Source of the DNA: Octopus sinensis
Lineage: Eukaryota
Direction of reading: 5' to 3'
Assembly: GCF_006345805.1 (NCBI RefSeq)
Contig: NC_043011.1
Location: 61,330,464-61,394,463, forward strand
DNA: 64,000 nucleotides
Of the stretch, positions 38,650 through 51,552 are shown piece by piece. Within the stretch, counting starts at the first letter, position 1. The number at the start of each line of letters is the position of its first letter. The notes under the pieces were generated by a model. It did not search any database. It was not told the DNA's origin and was given only the letters and a program-made list of their open reading frames with translations. A program made the translations under genes and the position numbers.

Positions 38650-38994
38650 ATGCTTGAAATAGCAACTAAATCTCATCAGACTCATACTATACAGTATTAA
38701 AAAAAAATGGAGGATAAGTATATTGCATAAAATTGTATTAAAAGAACAGACAACCTCGCGAAGCGGTTTCAATCTTCACTACATAAGTTGTAGAAGATGC
38801 TTGAAAGAGCAGCCAAATCCCATCAGTATCACGCAATACTGTGTGTAGAAAATTAAAAATAAAGAAAGGGTACATTGCAGAAAGTTGTATCAAAAGAACT
38901 AGCGATCACACGAAGCGGTTTCGAACTTAGCTATATCGGTTGTAAATAATGCAGAAAAAAAATCAATCATATCTCAATGGAACCATGAGAATAT

Positions 38995-39034
<40 letters not shown>

Positions 39035-39211
39035 AATTGCAGCGTGGAAGGGGTTTATAAGCCATTTAAGTGACACAAAATCCGTTAGATTCACTTCAAC
39101 ATTTAATTTTAATTTGCCAAAGTATTTTCGTCGCTTTGAGACCGCGACCTGCTGACAAAATTCCGTGCTGCATCTCTCTCTCTCTCTTTCTCTCCCTCTT
39201 TCTCTCCCTTT

Positions 39212-39242
<31 letters not shown>

Positions 39243-39770
39243 GTATATATATACATATATATATAACCCGAAGGAATGACACATTCGATTCAATTATCGG
39301 AAAAAACAAGCAACCTGACACAGTTTCAATCACACCTGCAAAACTAGAAATAACAGCCAAAAGTCATTAGAATCATGCTATACTGTCTTTAAAAAGACTA
39401 AAATGAGGTACACGGGCATAGATTTATTGTGGAAAGTTGTTTTGGAACGGTCTTCTCTCATAGATCTGCTCATTCAGAAAAGACCAACGGTTAAATCAAA
39501 ACATAAACTTTAGTCGTATCCTTTCTCTCTCCCTACGTCCCATATTTTCCTTTTACCCAGACGATTGATTTCATGGAACCTATTCCTAGTCACGCAATAC
39601 TAGAAAGAACAGCAACATTTCCCTCAAATCATGCCTTGCTGATTTAAATATAGCAATGATAGATTAAATGGTGTGATTCTACAAAATCTACGTTAGTCAC
39701 AATGGCCAGGATGGGAATTTTTTCATTATAACCCCAACAGCATCCACCGAGGGCTAAATAGAAAAAGCAA
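38650..39770 (+). repeat. Cluster of about four degenerate copies of an unclassified repeat
   Basis: Motif (T)GAAA(T/G)A(G/A)CA(A/G)C(T/C)AAA..CATCAG/CCCTCAAATCA recurs near 38655, 38800, 39345 and 39600. Confidence 0.4.
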
Positions 39771-39789
39771 CAATAACGAAAACATCGTT

Positions 39790-40080
39790 GCTTTTCATAT
39801 ATGCTTGTAATGAGAGCACAACCAACACGCAGGGCTGGAAATGCATCAGATCACTTGGGCCGCTCATCAAGGAGTGCTTGTACAACCACAGGTCATCTTC
39901 CAGGATTCGGTAAAGACGATTCATCACACCCCTGGCCAGCTACGTGTGACGATTCAAAAATTAAAGGATCCAATATGACATCAAGTGGAGGATCTCGGTG
40001 CGGTTGGGACCCTACATTAAAGCGGGGGTGAAGGCTGCAAGCTTTCTACAGTTGAGAAAGCAAGGAGACTCAAACGCTTT
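39790..40080 (+). pseudogene. Possible RTE-clade LINE 3' remnant
   Basis: LVMRAQPTRRAG and YIKAGVKAA loosely resemble the RTE C-terminal region (RAQLRWAGHV...); heavily degraded. Confidence 0.35.
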
Positions 40081-41232
40081 CTGAAACCTGAATCACTGCA
40101 CGCACACGCGGATATTTAGTCCTTGCATCCATTCCAAACACTACCTGCTGCAAGCATAAATCCCCCGCTCCCCGATTAGACCTGGAAGGGTCTTTACAAT
40201 CTAAAAACAGCCCAAGCAAAAATAAAAGAAAAAGTCCCTTGTTCCCCCTTTTTTTTAGCCCAGAGAAACTGGTCTAAGGCAGATGACCCGTCCTCGCTGA
40301 CACCGGACTATTTATTGTTTGGTGAATTACTGACCAAATGATCGTAACGGATTCCTGCCTCCCAGAACTGAAGAGTTACATTTTTCTTCGGCTTTGAAGT
40401 TTAACGAAACGTTTATGCGTACTAAGCCCTTTGTGGATGCAAAACCATTGGTCACTCTATGACCGGACATAGGCTTAGCTACATAGAATTACATTACTGC
40501 TCTATGTTTTAGAGTCTGCTTCTGTCGTTTGTACATATGATACATTGACGATATATATGTATATATATATATATATATATTTATATATACAGACAATTAG
40601 CAAAAGCCAGGTGGAAAAAAGTTTTAAAATGTTGTAAATGAATATAATTATAGAAGTTGCAAGGAGAGAAATCGATAATATAAAAGTTCTCTTAACGAAA
40701 ACAAAAACCAAAAAGAAAAAATAACAAAGAAATAAGGTCGACTAAATGGAACACTTAATAAATATTAGAACGTGCGCGGGCGTGGTGTGTTTGTATGTAT
40801 AGGTGTGTGTGTGTGTTTAATTTCTGTAGGCTTAAATTCTGTAGACTGATAAATGGACTGATAGAGTAATCAATAAATAGCAAATTGATTTTATTCACCT
40901 GTATCTCATTTGTGCTTTCCTCGCTGATGATGGAGTGCGAACGAGTATAACAGGAGACAGGATATAAAGACATTCAGTAAGGTGGAAGGAGGGGGTAGTA
41001 AGACAGAGAGATAGGGGTGGGGTGAAAGATGGGTATAATGCGAGGGAGGAGGTGTTGAAGAGAGAGGAAGAGGGAGAAACGGAGAGAGAGAGAGAGAGAA
41101 AGAGTGAGAGAGAGTGAACTAGTTCAACGCAGTCTCAATAAATCGTCTTGACTTTAACGTTTGTTCAGATATAAGACATACGTTTTAACAAGATACCCTT
41201 AAATCTTCATTATTATTATCATTATTATTATT

Positions 41233-41265
<33 letters not shown>

Positions 41266-41327
41266 GCTGTTGTTGTAGTAGTTGCTGTTGTTATAAATAT
41301 TAATTATTATTATTGTTATCATTATCA

Positions 41328-41381
<54 letters not shown>

Positions 41382-41574
41382 TATTATTATTATTATTATT
41401 GTTGTTGTTGTTGTTGTTATTGTTGTTGTTGTTGCTGTTGTTGTTGTAGTAGTTGTTGTTATAAATATTAATTATTATTATCATTATTATTATTATTATT
41501 ATTATTATTTATTATTAATGTTATTATTATTATTATTATTGTTGTTGTTATTATTATTATTATTATTGTTATTA

Positions 41575-41621
<47 letters not shown>

Positions 41622-41632
41622 TATTATTATTA

Positions 41633-43013
41633 CTGGCAGTGTTACCCGGCGTAGCTCGGGATTAAAATGGCATTGTTTGTATATATATTACAGATATGTT
41701 GAAGCAGGTTGCGTGGTAAAGTACAGCATTGGCGACAAAATATTTGTGGCGTAAATGATGGGCTAATTCAATTAAGCGACATGTCATGCCTCCGTTTGGA
41801 GCATTCCGGGCCCGAACCTGTCACGGGAAATTAGCGGTGGTGGGTATGTGATTTTTGAATGTACCGAAACGCTGTCAATGGATATACTCTCCTTTGCGGC
41901 CGTTGGCACTGCGTTTAACATGGCCCGTCGTCTGAAGTTTTGACTCCTCCTTTGGTATTGTCGTCATCACTCACGAAGTAAATTTGGAGGAAGTGTAGTT
42001 GTTCATTTGTGGGTAACAAAGAACCAATGAGGTGATAGACTTGCCCTTGAATTTTGAACGTCGGCGTAAATCCATGTTAAGCTATCTCTTTAGGTGCACC
42101 AAACGATGTCTTTTGAAATGCAGAATTGTAGTGTCGGATATTGTTGAGAAAATCCTTTGACTGGATGGAAGTGCCTTCCAGAAGACCTACAAGAGGTTGA
42201 AGAGAAGCTGGTAGTGCTGGCAATCCCACCTTAGCGCCTGAGCTGCGCATGCCATTAGTTTCATTTGGAAATTTTAAAGCTTTACATAAACAACAATTTG
42301 AGTTTAGGACACCAATTCGAACAAAATTATCATTTTTATAAGAATGGGATGGATCATATCTGAAAGCAGCTCCAGGAATTGTGAACAACGAATTTGTAGT
42401 TAGTCTGTTGCTGAGAGCTATTCTATTGGACCTCTGCCTACTCATTAAATCTTTGTTTTAATGATTCAGAATTAAGTGCTGCAGCATACTTTTCTGATCT
42501 TGAGAAAGGCTCATCTCCCTTCTCTCTTGAGACTGATGTGCTGCAGCCGACGCTTGCTGAGCTTAAAAATGTCTCCTCTCCCTTCTCTCTTCAGACTCTC
42601 GCCTTCAGTTTTGTATTAACGCCACTTCATTGTTTTTTGTCAAGAGTTTCACCTCCAGCCGTTCGTTATGACACTCAACACTCATACTCTGACTCTGATG
42701 ATATGAATTATTCATTTATTTCAAATAGAAATAAGATGATCTTACTTTTGTCACATTAGAATGAAAAGTGGGAAAATAAATGTAAAACAATATTATATCC
42801 CATTACAATATAGATCGCATTCATTAACTTTTGACACGTAACACCGAACAAGTGTTAATGTTATATTGTTTAATCCAAATGAAAAAGCTAAAATCAAATT
42901 ACACTGATGGGGTCTGATACTATTACCTTGTAAAATCTGATTGGATTTGATCTAGCCGTTTGAGAATGCACAGGGAACAGAGAGACAGACGAAGGATTTT
43001 ATATATAGAGAGA
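41633..43013 (-). mobile_element. Helitron deletion derivative with RepHel N-terminal pseudogene
   Basis: 5' TCTCTCTATATATAAAA and 3' CCCGAGCTACGCCGGG hairpin plus CCAG (degenerate CTAG). Internal CKALKFPNETNGM...FLNNIRHYNSAFQKTSFGA*...GFTPTFKIQGQVYHLIGSLLP...FLQIYF is typical Helitron RepHel sequence. Confidence 0.85.
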
Positions 43014-43019
43014 TTATTA

Positions 43020-43240
43020 TGGTGGCGAACTGGCAGAGTGGTTAGCACGCCAAGCGAAATGCTTAGTGGCATTTCGTCTGTCTTCACGTTTTGAGTTCAA
43101 GTTCCAACGAGCTCGGCTTTGCCTTTCAATCTACGTGGTCGATAAAATAAGTACCAGTTGAACAGTAGGGTCGATACATTTGACTTATCCCCCTTCCCGG
43201 ACTTGCCGATCATTTGTCAAAATTTGAAACCGCCATTTTA
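43020..43240 (+). mobile_element. SINE type B1 (diverged)
   Basis: GGTGGCGAACTGGCAGA head, GAGTTCAAG B-box and GCCTTTCAATC...GGTCGATAAAATAAGTACCAG core. Confidence 0.7.
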
Positions 43241-43784
43241 TTCTGGTTGTCTACATTCTGAATTCAAATTCAACTGCAGTCGACATACAACAGGAATACA
43301 AAATGGAAGATCATTAGTAAGGAGAGACACAGAAAAGAAACAAGAAAGCAAAGAACCACTGACGAGGTCACAGAAGTGTGATGAAAGAACTTTGGCCGAA
43401 ATATAATTAATATAAAATAAAGCTGAAGCAAGTAAACACCAAATATATAGTACGAGTGTTTTCATTGGGTAAACTGGCAACATGACCATCCCCAAATACA
43501 ACAATATATGTTTCAACGCACGTATTCACATCAAGAATCTTGCAAAAGGAATATATATATATACATACATACATACATATATATATGTGTGTGTGTGTGT
43601 AAGTATATGTTGTGAAGGCGTATGGCTCAGTGGTTAGAGTGTCGATCTTATCACCGTGTGGTTGTGCGTTCGCTGGTGAGGCGACTTTCCACCCAGATTT
43701 ATACACCGGACGGCAACCTCTTAGATGTAGCCATGTTTATTCGTGACCGACGGAGTCGAGGGATATATATGTATATATGTGTAC

Positions 43785-43829
<45 letters not shown>

Positions 43830-44149
43830 CATTATAAAATGTCCGACTGACCCAAAGGAATTTTTGCTTTGGGTACTCTACAGTCTAATCGTTCATTTCA
43901 CTCCTTACGCGTATTATCTACCCTTTTATTTTTTTATTTTATCGCGAAATGAAATGAGATAATTCTTATGATATCACTTTATCTCCTTTATCTCAATTTT
44001 TGTGCTAATATATTACATGTGTTCATCGAACATGAGTTTTAGTTGGAAACATTTGTCACAACCCGATTGACTCTTATTAAATTGTGTACAACAACATTAG
44101 GAGTGGTTTATCAGCGGTTGACGGTATTCTGATCATTCTTTACATTATA

Positions 44150-44620
44150 TATTTGCCGTTGCTGTTTGTGCCAACGAATCTTCTTTACAAGAATTCCTCT
44201 CCAGCGTCATCGACGCCATCACCATAAGGAAGAAACTAAATTTTCAGATACGAAAGAAAGCTGACGATCTTTGCCGTAAAAATAGAACTTTAGTTTTAGA
44301 AAGATTTCTTCAGGCTGCAGTAATAATTGGCAGTGTCGTGGTCTTTTTAACATCCCTTTTCTAGGATTTGAGAATTTCATAAAAGTCCATTATCAAGCTG
44401 TATTTTTATTTTACATTTTTCCGTTCATTTTCACTCCGGTGTCAAACGGACATGCCAAACCAATTATACATTACGTAATCTCTTCTTCTTGTCGACGACT
44501 TCGATATCCGGTCTGTTGTGTTGTATTCATCTTTCAGCTTGTATAGGAAACGTCTTTGCACTCGTAATCCCACATATGTATTAATTTTTTCTTCTGTGCC
44601 TGCAAAATCACATTTCCTGC
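44150..44620 (-). pseudogene. Possible GIY-YIG (Penelope-like) C-terminal remnant
   Basis: KINTYVGLRVQRRF and RHCQLLL loosely resemble the PLE YVG motif and terminal CRH motif; weak. Confidence 0.25.
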
Positions 44621-44693
44621 AAAAATTGATGTGAATGGTTGCATCAACATCATCATCATCAACATCATCATCACCATTATTATTATTATTATT

Positions 44694-45872
44694 GAGTGAG
44701 AAAGCCTTGCATGCCATCAAAGTGACACTGGGGCACAAATATACGAAACCCAGTACTACTTGTTTGATAAGGGTACATTACAACCATATGTGCGCGTCAT
44801 GCTGATCTCATATCAAGATAAACAGAGCATGACCTTGCAGGTGGAGTCTACTTAGAATTTTATTCAGGTCGAATAGCCCATCGATACGTTGGGTCTCACC
44901 CATTTTCCCTCACATTGACTTGATAGTTCCGAGTCAATAAGCTCTGATCTTGGGCAGCCAAGATAAAGCCTTAACTCTCTGCCCTTAGCCCTGAGCTCCG
45001 TAGCCACCGATGGATGTGCTTCTGGTCTACATCAACTTTTTTTGCTACGGGCCATATATTTGCCATGCAGAGGTTTTTGTTCCCGCTTATCAGCCAATTG
45101 TTCAAGCGCATTTTGCTGTGCTATTGATTTAACCTGTTCAACATGGATATTATGCACAAACTCACTTGAAAATGCTTTGCTCTCCTTCATAACAGAATGA
45201 AGATTCTTACGTCTTTCATGGTTTTCAAGGAGCTTTATCATCCGGTCGTTAGATGTTTCAAGATATTTTGCCAATCCAATTGTGGTGGCTTTGTTGATTT
45301 CAAATTGGTTCAGGCCTCGACCTCCTTGAGCTCTGGGTAGGTAAAGACGATCTGTGCTTGCCTTTGGGTGGTGCGCCTTCTTGCAAATCAGCAGCTTACA
45401 GATTTTCCTGTTAGTATTCCTTATTTCACTCACATTCCAGTTCAACACATTGAAACTGTAAATAACACCAGGAACTGCTAAGGAATTTATAGGTAACACC
45501 TTGTTACGTGCATTTAACTCGGATTTTTAGGACTGATAGAACTCTCCTGTAACAAACCTTCCTGATCTTCTCTTTCATACTTGCATGCTGAATGCCAAAT
45601 ACCTCATTTATTTCGAGGTATTTGTAAGTTTGTTCCTGTTCGAGGTTTTTTGTGATTGTGTCAACAGCCAACACCACTGAATATGAGGTTTTCGGTTTCC
45701 CTTTTTGGAAAATGAGCTAAGCACATCTATCAAGACCAAATACCATCCCAATGTCATCACTGAATGTTTTCACGGTACGTAGTAATCCTTCAAGTTCATT
45801 ACCATCTCTGCTGTAGAGTTTTAAGTCATCCATATAAAGTAGATGACTCATTTTCATATTCAGTTGAGTTCA
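44694..45872 (-). mobile_element. R4/Dong-like non-LTR retrotransposon remnant ending in (TAA)n
   Basis: SHLLYMDDLKLY (YMDD at 45825-45836), FSDDIGMVFGLDRCA, HHPKASTDRLYLPRAQGGRGL and FILAAQDQSL. It then jumps to a 3' UTR ending CTCACTC(AAT)n. Confidence 0.85.
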
Positions 45873-46898
45873 CCTATAAGGGGTATTATTAATGTAACTA
45901 TCTGTAAAGAGATAAATTTTATTCAAGTAGAATGTCGCTAAACTTTGTGGAGGAAGTTAACGTACTGTGTGTATTTTGTATCTAGTTTGTGTTTTGTCTT
46001 AAAGCACTTTGGTTATTCAACGTTTCAAATACATCTATTCTGGCCAAATACGTAGAGAGAAAGGTGTGAGTAAAGGTGTGGAGACGTCCTGCTTCGGTTC
46101 AGATTTTGAATCGTTATAAAATATTATTCTTTTGCCTCTTCCAGTGTTGATACTTTTCACCTTTTAAAGTACCTTTTATGCAAATACAAACGTCCTTGAA
46201 TTTCGTTCTGGTTCAGAAACATTCGTTGGTTTCGAAATGTTTAATTAACAGGATTTTTTTATATACCTTGCAGTATGTGTGTATGTGCATCTAGGTGAAC
46301 GTATGTATATATTTGCATATGTGCATATGTATACATGAATATATAATTCTATAATTGTGTATGTGTGTGTGTGTACACGTGCGTGTGTGTTAATATACAT
46401 ATCTGTATATTTATGCGTCTGCTGAACAACATGCAAACTTAATACCCAATACAGTCCCATTGTTTTTAAAGACATTAATTTAAGTTGTTAGTTAAAAGCA
46501 TCATTTTGGAACATTTCGTAAAATCAATGCCATTTCGTGACTTTAATTGAACCGAGATTCAGACTTTTGTAAATATATTACTATGAGAACCAGAATTAAA
46601 ATGAAAACTGTGCGCTTGAAACAGCCGTTTGTGCAGGTGTTTTTCACCAAGTTTTTTAAACAGAACGTAAGAATGTGCGTTTTCTTCAAACTTTCATATC
46701 ATGTATCAAAACAATATACAGACAGTGTATATTTTAAAAGAAAACCAGACACCATTTATTCGGAAAGGAGTAACTCCCGGTTATAAAGTATTGAAGAATA
46801 ATCTACATTTGTACTGAGTGCTGTAATATATCGCTTTTCATGAATCAACACATATGTATGTATGTATATATATGTATGTATGTATGTATGTATATATA

Positions 46899-46979
<81 letters not shown>

Positions 46980-47394
46980 AAAAAATGAAGTTCGAAAATG
47001 CTGCTGTATTATACAATTTTTAATTTTTATATATACATTATAACATGTTTCAGTTCCTGAAATGAACCTTATCAAAAAAAGTTATATATAAAAAGAGACA
47101 GCTCATGCCGTCAAACACAAGAAATTCATTTATAATACACAACGGAGTCAGACATCTTAGAGTTCATGTATAGTTGATATATAGTTCATGTATAGTTGAT
47201 ATATAGTTTGAAGTATATGTTCAAAGTGTTCGATGCAGTGGCCCACGGTGGCGATACGTATTCAATACAAAAAACATATCAAAGTGGTGGAAAGCGGTCA
47301 ATACAGAAGATTGATGTTTCCGAAAGAGCGAGGAATTCATTTTTACCTTAAGCAATTGTGATGACCCATGGTGGAAGTTCGCTATATATATATA

Positions 47395-47530
47395 TAGTTG
47401 GAATTTACAAAAAACAACACAAAAGACGAAGACGGGTGTGTAAACAACAAACAGATGTATTAGTGTAATAGTCTGGAAGTGAGAATGTCTGTTACTTTTC
47501 GAGCCTACGCTCTTCAGCAGAAAATCGGCG
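47395..47530 (-). mobile_element. Second Penelope-like terminal fragment with degraded hammerhead
   Basis: TTTT-CTGCTGA-A-GAGC(GTAG)GCTC-GAAAA-GTA at 47490-47524; homologous to 20040-20250; ends at (TA)n. Confidence 0.55.
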
Positions 47531-47647
47531 GACGATTTTTGTCTTCTCTCATTAATATCATCCTTATCATCATTCACATCATCAATGTCTTTGTGTAGCC
47601 AACAAGTTACTCTGTATCATGCCTTTATGGCAAACTTTTTGAAATAA

Positions 47648-48030
47648 AGTAGCTTGCTTACCAACCACATGGCTCCGGGTTCAGTCCCAGTGCATGGCAC
47701 CTTGGGCAAGTGTCTTCTACTATAGCTTCGGGCCGACCAAAAGCCTTGTGACTGGATTTGGTAGACGAAAATTGAAAGAAACCCGTCGTATGTATATATA
47801 TATATATATGTATGCATGTGTTCTATATATGTTTATGCGTCTGTGTTTGTCCTCCGACATCGCTTGAGGACCGATGCTGGTGTGTTTACGTCCCCGTCAC
47901 CTAGCGGTTCGGCAAAAGAGACGGATAAAATAAGTACTAGGCTTACAAAGAATAAGTCATGGGGTCGATTTCTTCGGTTAAAGGCGGTGCTCCAGCATGG
48001 CCGCAGTCAAATGACTGAAACAAGTGAAAG
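47648..48030 (+). mobile_element. SINE type A
   Basis: Matches 8049-8448 apart from the first 20 bp or so. Confidence 0.8.
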
Positions 48031-48790
48031 AGCATATATATATATTTATATGCATGTATGCGTGTGCGTATTATATATATATATATATATATATATAATA
48101 CACACACGCATACACACACGCACGCACGCACACATACACGCATACACTCACATATAAAACATTAGCACCGATGGAAGAAATCACACCTTTAATAGATGAT
48201 CACACCATGCCTTAGCGACGATCTTGCCACCTATTTAAGAATTAGCAAAAAGGTAGAAAATAACAGTCAAAGCAATATATGTTTATGCTAACACAACGTT
48301 ATCGAGTTAACACGAAACGGATTAAATTCAAAGTGAACTGAGATAATATCTCTAATATCTGCATGAATGCATACAAAAGGAAATATAATATTCTTAGAAA
48401 ATCCCGTTTAGTATTTAAACTTACGATGACGTCAGCAGATAACAGAAGAATTAAAGAAGTAAACATAGGAATCCTACGTCACGACATTTAGTTATCTAGC
48501 TATTAATATTTATCTGCATGAACAAGTATTTGCGGTTTACTCCTAAATTCCTTTGTTAACTGCTGCAATTTTCTTAGATGAAGGAAATCGGTAGATTTTA
48601 ACGGTCAAATGTGGGTTATACACTGAAAGAAAATATACAACTGGATAAAAACATACGAGTTGTCTTTTAACCGAAGAAGATTTTTCAGCGTCACGTTCAT
48701 AATTTACAGGTCATTTTCCTCTGCAAATATCTATGTCAATGAGTGACATTCGATCTGAAATATAAGTTAATAAATACAATCTTATCACTG

Positions 48791-48887
<97 letters not shown>

Positions 48888-48900
48888 CCTACCTACCTAC

Positions 48901-48961
<61 letters not shown>

Positions 48962-49289
48962 ATCCCCGTATATTTGTCTCTACGTCTGCATGATTCAATG
49001 TAAGTAAAATTCCAACGGATTTCCTTCCAGTCTTTGGTCTATATCAAATTACATGGGATCTCTCTTACTCTACCTTAAAATCAATGCAGCTGTCAAACTA
49101 ATTTTCTTAACCACATGGCCATAACCGCCCTTCCCATCAACTGTAAAAATTTTATTCTGCATGCAATGCGACAATGGTAAGTATGATCAAAGATATATTA
49201 TCTGGACGATTTTATTGGTTATTCAAAAATATTTTGGTTCAAACTCAAAGGGGTTGAGTAGAAGCAAGGGCGAGAAAACAAACTAAATA

Positions 49290-49689
49290 CTTTTTTTCTA
49301 CTCTAGGCACAAGGACCGACATTTGGGGGAGGGGGCCCGTCGATTATATCAACCCTAGTACGCAACTGGTACTTAATTTATCGACCCCAGAAAGATGAAA
49401 GGCAAATTCGTACTTGGCGGAATTGGAACCCAGAACGTAAACACAGACGAAATACCTATTTCTTTACTACCCACAAGGGGCTAAACACAGAGGGGACAAA
49501 CAAGGACAGACAGACGGATTAAGTCGATTATATCGACGCCAATGCGTAACTGGTACTTATTTAATTGACCCCGAAAGGGTGAAAGGCAAAGTCGACCTCG
49601 GCGGAATTTGAACTCAAAACGTAGCGGCAGACGCAATACCACTAAGCACTTCGCCCGGCGTGCTAACGTTTCTGCCAGCTCGCTGCCTT
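49290..49689 (-). mobile_element. Dimeric SINE B (full B2 plus 5'-truncated B1)
   Basis: Same GACGAAATACC|TATTTCTTTACTACCC junction as at 19.5 kb. Confidence 0.85.
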
Positions 49690-49731
49690 AAACAAACTAC
49701 TGTTGAATAAATGATACTAAAAACACACCAG

Positions 49732-49796
<65 letters not shown>

Positions 49797-49989
49797 CGTG
49801 TGTGTGTGTGTGTGTGTGTTTGTGTGAGTGAGTGTGTGTGTAGTAGTAGTAGATTGAACTTTTAAGCGAATATTCCAGAAGAAATACATAGAAATGAATT
49901 TAGTGAACCTCACCAAAAATTGTTCTACAATATCTGCACGATAGATTTAATAGTTTCAGCTTCACTTGTTTCAAATTGAATTTCGTGTT

Positions 49990-50490
49990 TGTTGTCATCA
50001 TACTCGTCATCGATATCGTCATCATATTCCTCCTCCTCCTCCTCCTCATCATCATCATCATCATTATCATCATCATCATCATCACCACCACCATCACCAT
50101 CATCATCATCACCATCGTCGTCATCGTCATCCTCCTCATCATCATCATCATCATTATCATCATCATCATCATCACCACCACCATCACCATCATCATCATC
50201 ACCATCGTCGTCATCGTCATCCTCCTCATCATCATCATCATCATCACCACCATCACCATCATCATTATCACCATCGTCGTCATCATCATCATCATCATCA
50301 TCATCATTATCGACGTCGTTGTCGCCGTTATTATCTCCCTCGCCGCCATCAACGCTGTCATCGTCCGCGTCATCATCGCCATCGGCATTGTTATCGTAGT
50401 CGTCATAGTAATCGTAGACGTCATCGAGGCCGTCATCATACTGCTCAGCATCATCCCCATCATCCTCATCCTCATCCTCATCACCATCCG
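49990..50490. repeat. (CAT/CAC/CGT)n tract with a 90-bp higher-order duplication
   Basis: 50041-50130 repeats at 50131-50220, with a degenerate third unit from 50221. Confidence 0.85.
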
Positions 50491-50811
50491 TACAATCATT
50501 TTCTTTTCATACCATTTTACAGGCGCGCAGGACGAACAGCCCAGTGTCAGTTCTTCTTGTTCTTCACATTCTAATGACACCTCTCTTTGTCTCGGGAGTA
50601 ATAAAATAAAGTACCAGTGAAATACTGGGGTTTGATGTAATCGATAAAGACCTTCGCAACAAACATTGCTGGCCTTGTGCCAAATCTTGAAATCGTTACT
50701 GTGCGGCCATTAAAGAAAAAAAATATTTTATTTGCTGCAGATCTGTTGAGGCCGACGCTGCTGCTACTACTACTACTGCTGCTGCTGGTGCTTCGCCTCC
50801 TCGTCCTCCTT

Positions 50812-50850
<39 letters not shown>

Positions 50851-50854
50851 ATAC

Positions 50855-50886
<32 letters not shown>

Positions 50887-51301
50887 GTACCACCAGCACT
50901 TATGAATTTTGGTAATCAGAAACGCTATGCAGATAGAAATATTGAGAGGAGATTCTACGGTAAATTAAGATCGGCAAATGGCTGTGCAGATAAACAAAGT
51001 TGAGGCCAATGAAAGCGATAGTCACTAACGAAAATAGAAACCTACTTCAATGAAAACATAACCAGCAGGGATCGTAAAAGAAGCCAGTTCTCGTCTGATG
51101 GTTGCGGTGGTGTGAATCTCCAGTCACGAGTAACACAATTCATCTTAGACGACATACTTTCAAAAACATTTATTGGGATTCCCTTCCAATTTCTTTGACA
51201 AACTGCTATATTTGGAGGTACATGTATGTGTGTGTGTGTGTGTGCATATATGAATGCATGTATGTCTATATATGTGTGTGTATATATGTACATTTATATA
51301 T

Positions 51302-51529
51302 TTTTCTTTACTACCCACAAGGGGCTAAACACAGAGGAGACGAACAAGGACAAAGGGATTAAGTCGATTACATCGACCCCAGTGCGTAACTCGTACTTAA
51401 TTTATCGACCCCGGAAGGATGAAAGGCAAAGTCGACCTCGGCGGAATTTGAACTGGGAACGTAACGGCAGACGAACTACGGCAACGCATTTCGCCCGGCG
51501 TGCTAACGTTTCTGCGAGCTCGCCGCCTT
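51302..51529 (-). mobile_element. SINE type B2 monomer
   Basis: Full head, core and TTTAGCCCCTTGTGGGTAGTAAAGAA tail. Confidence 0.85.
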
Positions 51530-51552
51530 ATGTACATTTATATACATGTATG

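Noticed and set aside
47161-47204. Exact 22-bp tandem duplication
   Set aside because: Ordinary local slippage or assembly duplication with no further structure.
49966-50620. 202-226 aa His-rich, Ile-rich and Met-rich ORFs
   Set aside because: All frames are open only because (CAT)n lacks stop codons. There is no non-repetitive domain and no credible start or splice context.
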